Positions 60,820 through 64,000 of a stretch of DNA of 64,000 nt are shown piece by piece. The notes below the pieces were generated by a model. It was not told the DNA's origin. It did not search any database and worked only from the letters and a program-made list of their open reading frames with translations. Every line of letters starts with the position of its first letter. Positions within the stretch are counted from its first letter, which is position 1. A program made the translations under genes and the position numbers. The DNA lies in contig CASEGJ010000004.1 of the NCBI GenBank assembly GCA_949287425.1, positions 325,727-389,726 of the forward strand, read 5' to 3'. This DNA comes from an uncultured Bacillales bacterium (GTDB taxonomy: Bacteria > Bacillota_I > Bacilli_A > RFN20 > CAG-288).

Positions 60820-61410
60820 ATGTATCAAGAATTTAATAAAGGTTGGATAGAAGTTATTACTGGTCCGATGTTTGCTGGTAAATCTGAAGAATTAATTAGA
60901 AGAATAAGAACATTAAAATACGCTAAGAAAAATATCGTTTGTTTTAAGCCATCGATTGACGATAGATATTCTGAAACTTCGATTGCTAGTCATGCGGGTG
61001 GAAGATATAAAGCGTATCCAGTTAAATCGATTCAAGATATTAAAGATAATTTAACTGATGATGTCGATGTTATCGCTATTGATGAAATTCAATTTTTCGG
61101 TGAAGAGATTCTTCTTTTGCTCGATGAACTAGCTAATTCAGGTAAAAGAGTAATGTGTGCTGGTTTGGATCTTGATTTTAGAGGAGAACCATTTGGAATT
61201 ATGCCGAAATTACTAGCTAAAGCTGAATTTGTCACTAAGTTAACTGCCGCGTGTAAAATATGTGGAGAAGCTGCGACAAGAACTCAAAGGATAATTGATG
61301 GGAAACCCGCTTATTATGAAGAACCGGTTGTAGTAGTTGGAGCTAGTGAATGTTATGAAGCTAGATGCAGACATCACCATCAAGTTCCACATAAAAATAG
61401 CAGCAACTAG
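60820..61410 (+). CDS. tdk: Thymidine kinase
   Basis: GPMFAGKSEELIR, IDEIQF, YEARCR. Confidence 0.97.
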   Translation: MYQEFNKGWIEVITGPMFAGKSEELIRRIRTLKYAKKNIVCFKPSIDDRYSETSIASHAGGRYKAYPVKSIQDIKDNLTDDVDVIAIDEIQFFGEEILLLLDELANSGKRVMCAGLDLDFRGEPFGIMPKLLAKAEFVTKLTAACKICGEAATRTQRIIDGKPAYYEEPVVVVGASECYEARCRHHHQVPHKNSSN

Positions 61411-61413
61411 CTG

Positions 61414-61719
61414 CTATTTAAAAATATCTTTTAATGGAGAAACTAGATTTTCAAGTCTAGTTTTTAAATTTAGATAAGTGACGTAAATAGGATAGTTATC
61501 ATATTCGTCTTCTAGTTTTTTAATCTCTCTTATTTTGTCAAATAATTCTTCTTGATGTAGTTTAGAAAGCTGTTTTTTTTCTAAATTTATTTTTTCTTTT
61601 AACTGACAAAGATATTTATCATTTTCGTATAGATTTTTAACTTTTAAATATTTTTGAAACAAATCTGAATCAACTATTTGTTTTGCTAAATTTTCAGTTT
61701 CTTTTTCTAAATTAGTCAT
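61414..61719 (-). CDS. YlbF/YmcA (RicA-like) family protein
   Basis: Helical LAKQIVDSDLFQKY pattern; directly downstream of miaB as ymcA is in Bacillus. Confidence 0.65.
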   Translation of the reverse strand: MTNLEKETENLAKQIVDSDLFQKYLKVKNLYENDKYLCQLKEKINLEKKQLSKLHQEELFDKIREIKKLEDEYDNYPIYVTYLNLKTRLENLVSPLKDIFK

Positions 61720-63163
61720 CTAGAAGTTCTCCGATTAGTGAATATGTTCTAGATTCGATAATTTTAACTTTTCTAATTTGACCAATTAAAGATTCATCGC
61801 CTTTAACATGAACTAATCTATTGTGTCTAGAATAACCTGAAATCATAGTTTTATCTTTTTTAGATACAGTATCAAATAAGACTTCTACTATTTGATTTAC
61901 TTGCTTACTTGCTGAGATAGTCGCTTGTTGATCTATGAGTTGTTTTAATTTATCGAATCTAATTGACTTTTCTTTAGGAGTAATTTTATCTTCCATATAA
62001 TAAGCAGGAGTTCCATCTCTAGGTGAAAAGATAAATGTATAAGCGTTATCGTAGTTAACTTTTCTTACGACATCTAAAGTATCTTCAAAATCACAATCTG
62101 ATTCATTTGGAAAACCAACTATTATATCGGTAGTTAAATAGACATCAGGAATATATTTTCTAAGTAAATCTACCAAATCTAGATATTGCTTTTTATCATA
62201 GTGTCTATTCATTCTTTTCAAAATAGTATCTGAACCTGATTGTAAAGGTAGATGTAAACTAGGCATAATATTAGAATATTTAGCCATAACTTGGAAGACT
62301 TCTTCTTTAAAATATGCTGGATGAGAAGTGGTAAATCTAATACGCGGAATATTAGTTTGAGCGACAGCTTCTAAAAGCTTATCAAAACTGGAGTTAGGAT
62401 CTTTTAAATCGTAACCATATGCGTTGACATTTTGACCAATTAAAGTAACTTCTTTATAACCTAGACTAATTAAATCGTTAACTTCTTTTAATATCTCATC
62501 AATAGAACGCGAACGCATTCTACCTCTAGTATAGGGAACTATACAATAAGTACAAAAGTTATCGCAACCATACATTATATTTACAAAGGCTTTAGTTTTA
62601 TCAAATCTAGAAGAAGGGAGATTTTCAACGACTTCTCCTTGATTTGAAGTTACATCAAAGATTCTAGCTTCATCTTTAATACAACTATCTAACAGCGAAT
62701 AAATCGAATCGATATTATGAGTGCCAAAGACTAAATTGACATAAGGGAAATGTTCTTTAATAAATCTCATTGGCTTTTCTTCTTGAGCCATACATCCACA
62801 TATTCCAATAATTTTATTTGGATTATCTTTAGCGGATTGTTTTAATTGACCGATTTCACCATAGATTTTCTTTTCAGCGTTTTCTCTAATAGCGCAAGTA
62901 TTAAATAAAACTAAATCAGCTTTATATGGATCTGTAATCTGATTTAAACCTAATCTAGTTAGATAGGCGACAATTATTTCAGAATCCCTAACGTTAGCTT
63001 GACAACCAGAAGTAAATAAGCAAAAAGATTTACCTTTAGCCCAAGTGGATAATTCATCTGAAATATTTAAATTAGCTTTTCTAGTTAAAGGTTTTAAATT
63101 AAAGTTTCTTTGACCAGCTTTTTTAATATTTGGAAAAGATTTGATAATTAATTTTTTTGCCAT
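61712..63163 (-). CDS. miaB: tRNA methylthiotransferase MiaB
   Basis: GCQANVRDSE, NTCAIRENAE, radical SAM CDNFCTYC, TRAM domain. Confidence 0.96.
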   Translation of the reverse strand: MAKKLIIKSFPNIKKAGQRNFNLKPLTRKANLNISDELSTWAKGKSFCLFTSGCQANVRDSEIIVAYLTRLGLNQITDPYKADLVLFNTCAIRENAEKKIYGEIGQLKQSAKDNPNKIIGICGCMAQEEKPMRFIKEHFPYVNLVFGTHNIDSIYSLLDSCIKDEARIFDVTSNQGEVVENLPSSRFDKTKAFVNIMYGCDNFCTYCIVPYTRGRMRSRSIDEILKEVNDLISLGYKEVTLIGQNVNAYGYDLKDPNSSFDKLLEAVAQTNIPRIRFTTSHPAYFKEEVFQVMAKYSNIMPSLHLPLQSGSDTILKRMNRHYDKKQYLDLVDLLRKYIPDVYLTTDIIVGFPNESDCDFEDTLDVVRKVNYDNAYTFIFSPRDGTPAYYMEDKITPKEKSIRFDKLKQLIDQQATISASKQVNQIVEVLFDTVSKKDKTMISGYSRHNRLVHVKGDESLIGQIRKVKIIESRTYSLIGELLDD

Positions 63164-63171
63164 ATATCCTC

Positions 63172-63948
63172 CTAGTTATCAATTATGTTAATTTTTTCAA
63201 TTTTGATAGCTTTATTAGTAGTATTATCAAAACTTAAAATTACGCCATTAAGTAGACCAGCTCCAGTTTCGGTAACTTCAAAGCGGGAATTTAAACCATA
63301 CCAAGTTCTTTCAATTACTCCACTAGCTTCAACACCTAAAATTGAATAATAAGCTCCATTCATTCCTACATCGCTAATATAGCTAGTACCATCGATAATT
63401 TTATCATCGTTAGTTTGAACGTGAGTGTGAGTGCCTACTATCGAACTAACTTTACCTTTAAATGCGTAAAATAAAGCTAGTTTTTCAGAAGTTGTTTCAG
63501 CGTGGAAATCTACAATATGGATATCTTGTTTAGTTGAGTTAACTATATCGTTTAAGCAATCAAAAGGGTTAGCATCCGCTCCTTGAATAAAGCTTCTACC
63601 TAATAAATTAGTAACTCTAATTGTTTTGTTGTTATATGTAAATAATTTGCTACCAATTCCAGGAATAGCTTTGTTCATATTATATGGGCGAACCATATTG
63701 ATATATTCTTTGTTACTAGAAATTATTTCATTAACTCGAAGATAATGGTTACCCATAGTAATACAATTGATACCTAGATTAGTTAGTTCTTTATAGTGTT
63801 TTAAAGATAAACCTTTACCATGGGTAGTATTTTCACCGTTAGCAATAATAAAATCTAAAGAATATTTATGTTTTAGTTGAGGTAAATATTTAGCGATAGT
63901 ATTTCGACCGATTTTGCCGACAATATCGCCTAGAAATAAGATGTTCAT
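63172..63948 (-). CDS. ymdB: YmdB family metallophosphoesterase
   Basis: GDIVG, NGEN, TMGNH, DFHAE, GTHTHVQT. Confidence 0.93.
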   Translation of the reverse strand: MNILFLGDIVGKIGRNTIAKYLPQLKHKYSLDFIIANGENTTHGKGLSLKHYKELTNLGINCITMGNHYLRVNEIISSNKEYINMVRPYNMNKAIPGIGSKLFTYNNKTIRVTNLLGRSFIQGADANPFDCLNDIVNSTKQDIHIVDFHAETTSEKLALFYAFKGKVSSIVGTHTHVQTNDDKIIDGTSYISDVGMNGAYYSILGVEASGVIERTWYGLNSRFEVTETGAGLLNGVILSFDNTTNKAIKIEKINIIDN

Positions 63949-64000
63949 TATTTGGCCAATTCTATAGCGCGGACTTCTCTAATAACTTGAACTTTAATTT
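63948..64000 (-). CDS. rny: Ribonuclease Y, C-terminal end (partial)
   Basis: Minus strand reads IKVQVIREVRAIELAK*, the RNase Y C-terminus; TAATG overlap with ymdB. Confidence 0.85.
   Translation of the reverse strand, partial: IKVQVIREVRAIELAK

Noticed and set aside
59489-60820. tmRNA next to smpB, or a THF riboswitch before the FolT-like gene
   Set aside because: smpB is followed after 1 nt by the next CDS; no space or recognisable motif
1-64000. CRISPR array, IS element, prophage, rRNA/tRNA, or TGA=Trp recoding
   Set aside because: No spaced repeats, transposase/integrase or structural RNA gene seen; long ORFs are intact under code 11 and TGA ends genes at ATGA overlaps

Overview
AT-rich chromosomal window, read with the standard bacterial code (TGG=Trp, TGA used as stop). 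It probably comes from a genome-reduced, Mollicutes-adjacent member of the Bacilli (RF39/RFN20-like; this is inference from the RpoB/L11 signatures and Mycoplasma-type lipoproteins). The right two thirds are mostly housekeeping: rplK-rplA-rplJ-rplL-rpoB-rpoC, hpt, a DtxR-regulated feoAAB operon, DUF1538/P-II, TetR/ABC exporter, pgm, trpS, gltX, rpmF, secG-rnr-smpB, tdk and rny-ymdB-miaB. The most interesting part is 1.2-21.9 kb, which holds two tandem paralogous cassettes with the same gene order. Each has a CUT1-type ABC ATPase with a ~120-aa insertion, two permeases, a solute-binding lipoprotein, a small Zn-ribbon/2-TM protein, and then a separately promoted, apparently leaderless pair of RDD-like proteins with large external loops. 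Cassette 1 also encodes a surface SNase(thermonuclease)-OB-fold lipoprotein and a 969-aa Ig/OB-fold lipoprotein. Together these suggest a multi-component system for capturing, degrading and importing extracellular nucleic acid rather than sugar. Other findings: patchy near-identity of the two ATPase genes (possible gene conversion), 11-bp-periodic PhoP/WalR-like boxes upstream of both cassettes, a 5'-truncated SIR2-like protein, a catalytically dead OppF-like ATPase fused to a DUF2188-like domain, antibiotic-target substitutions (RpoB H526N; L11 lacking its prolines), a multi-hairpin rplL-rpoB spacer and twin perfect 16-bp operators at feo. No rRNA, tRNA, CRISPR array or transposase was seen. 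All domain calls come from motif recognition by eye; no searches were run.
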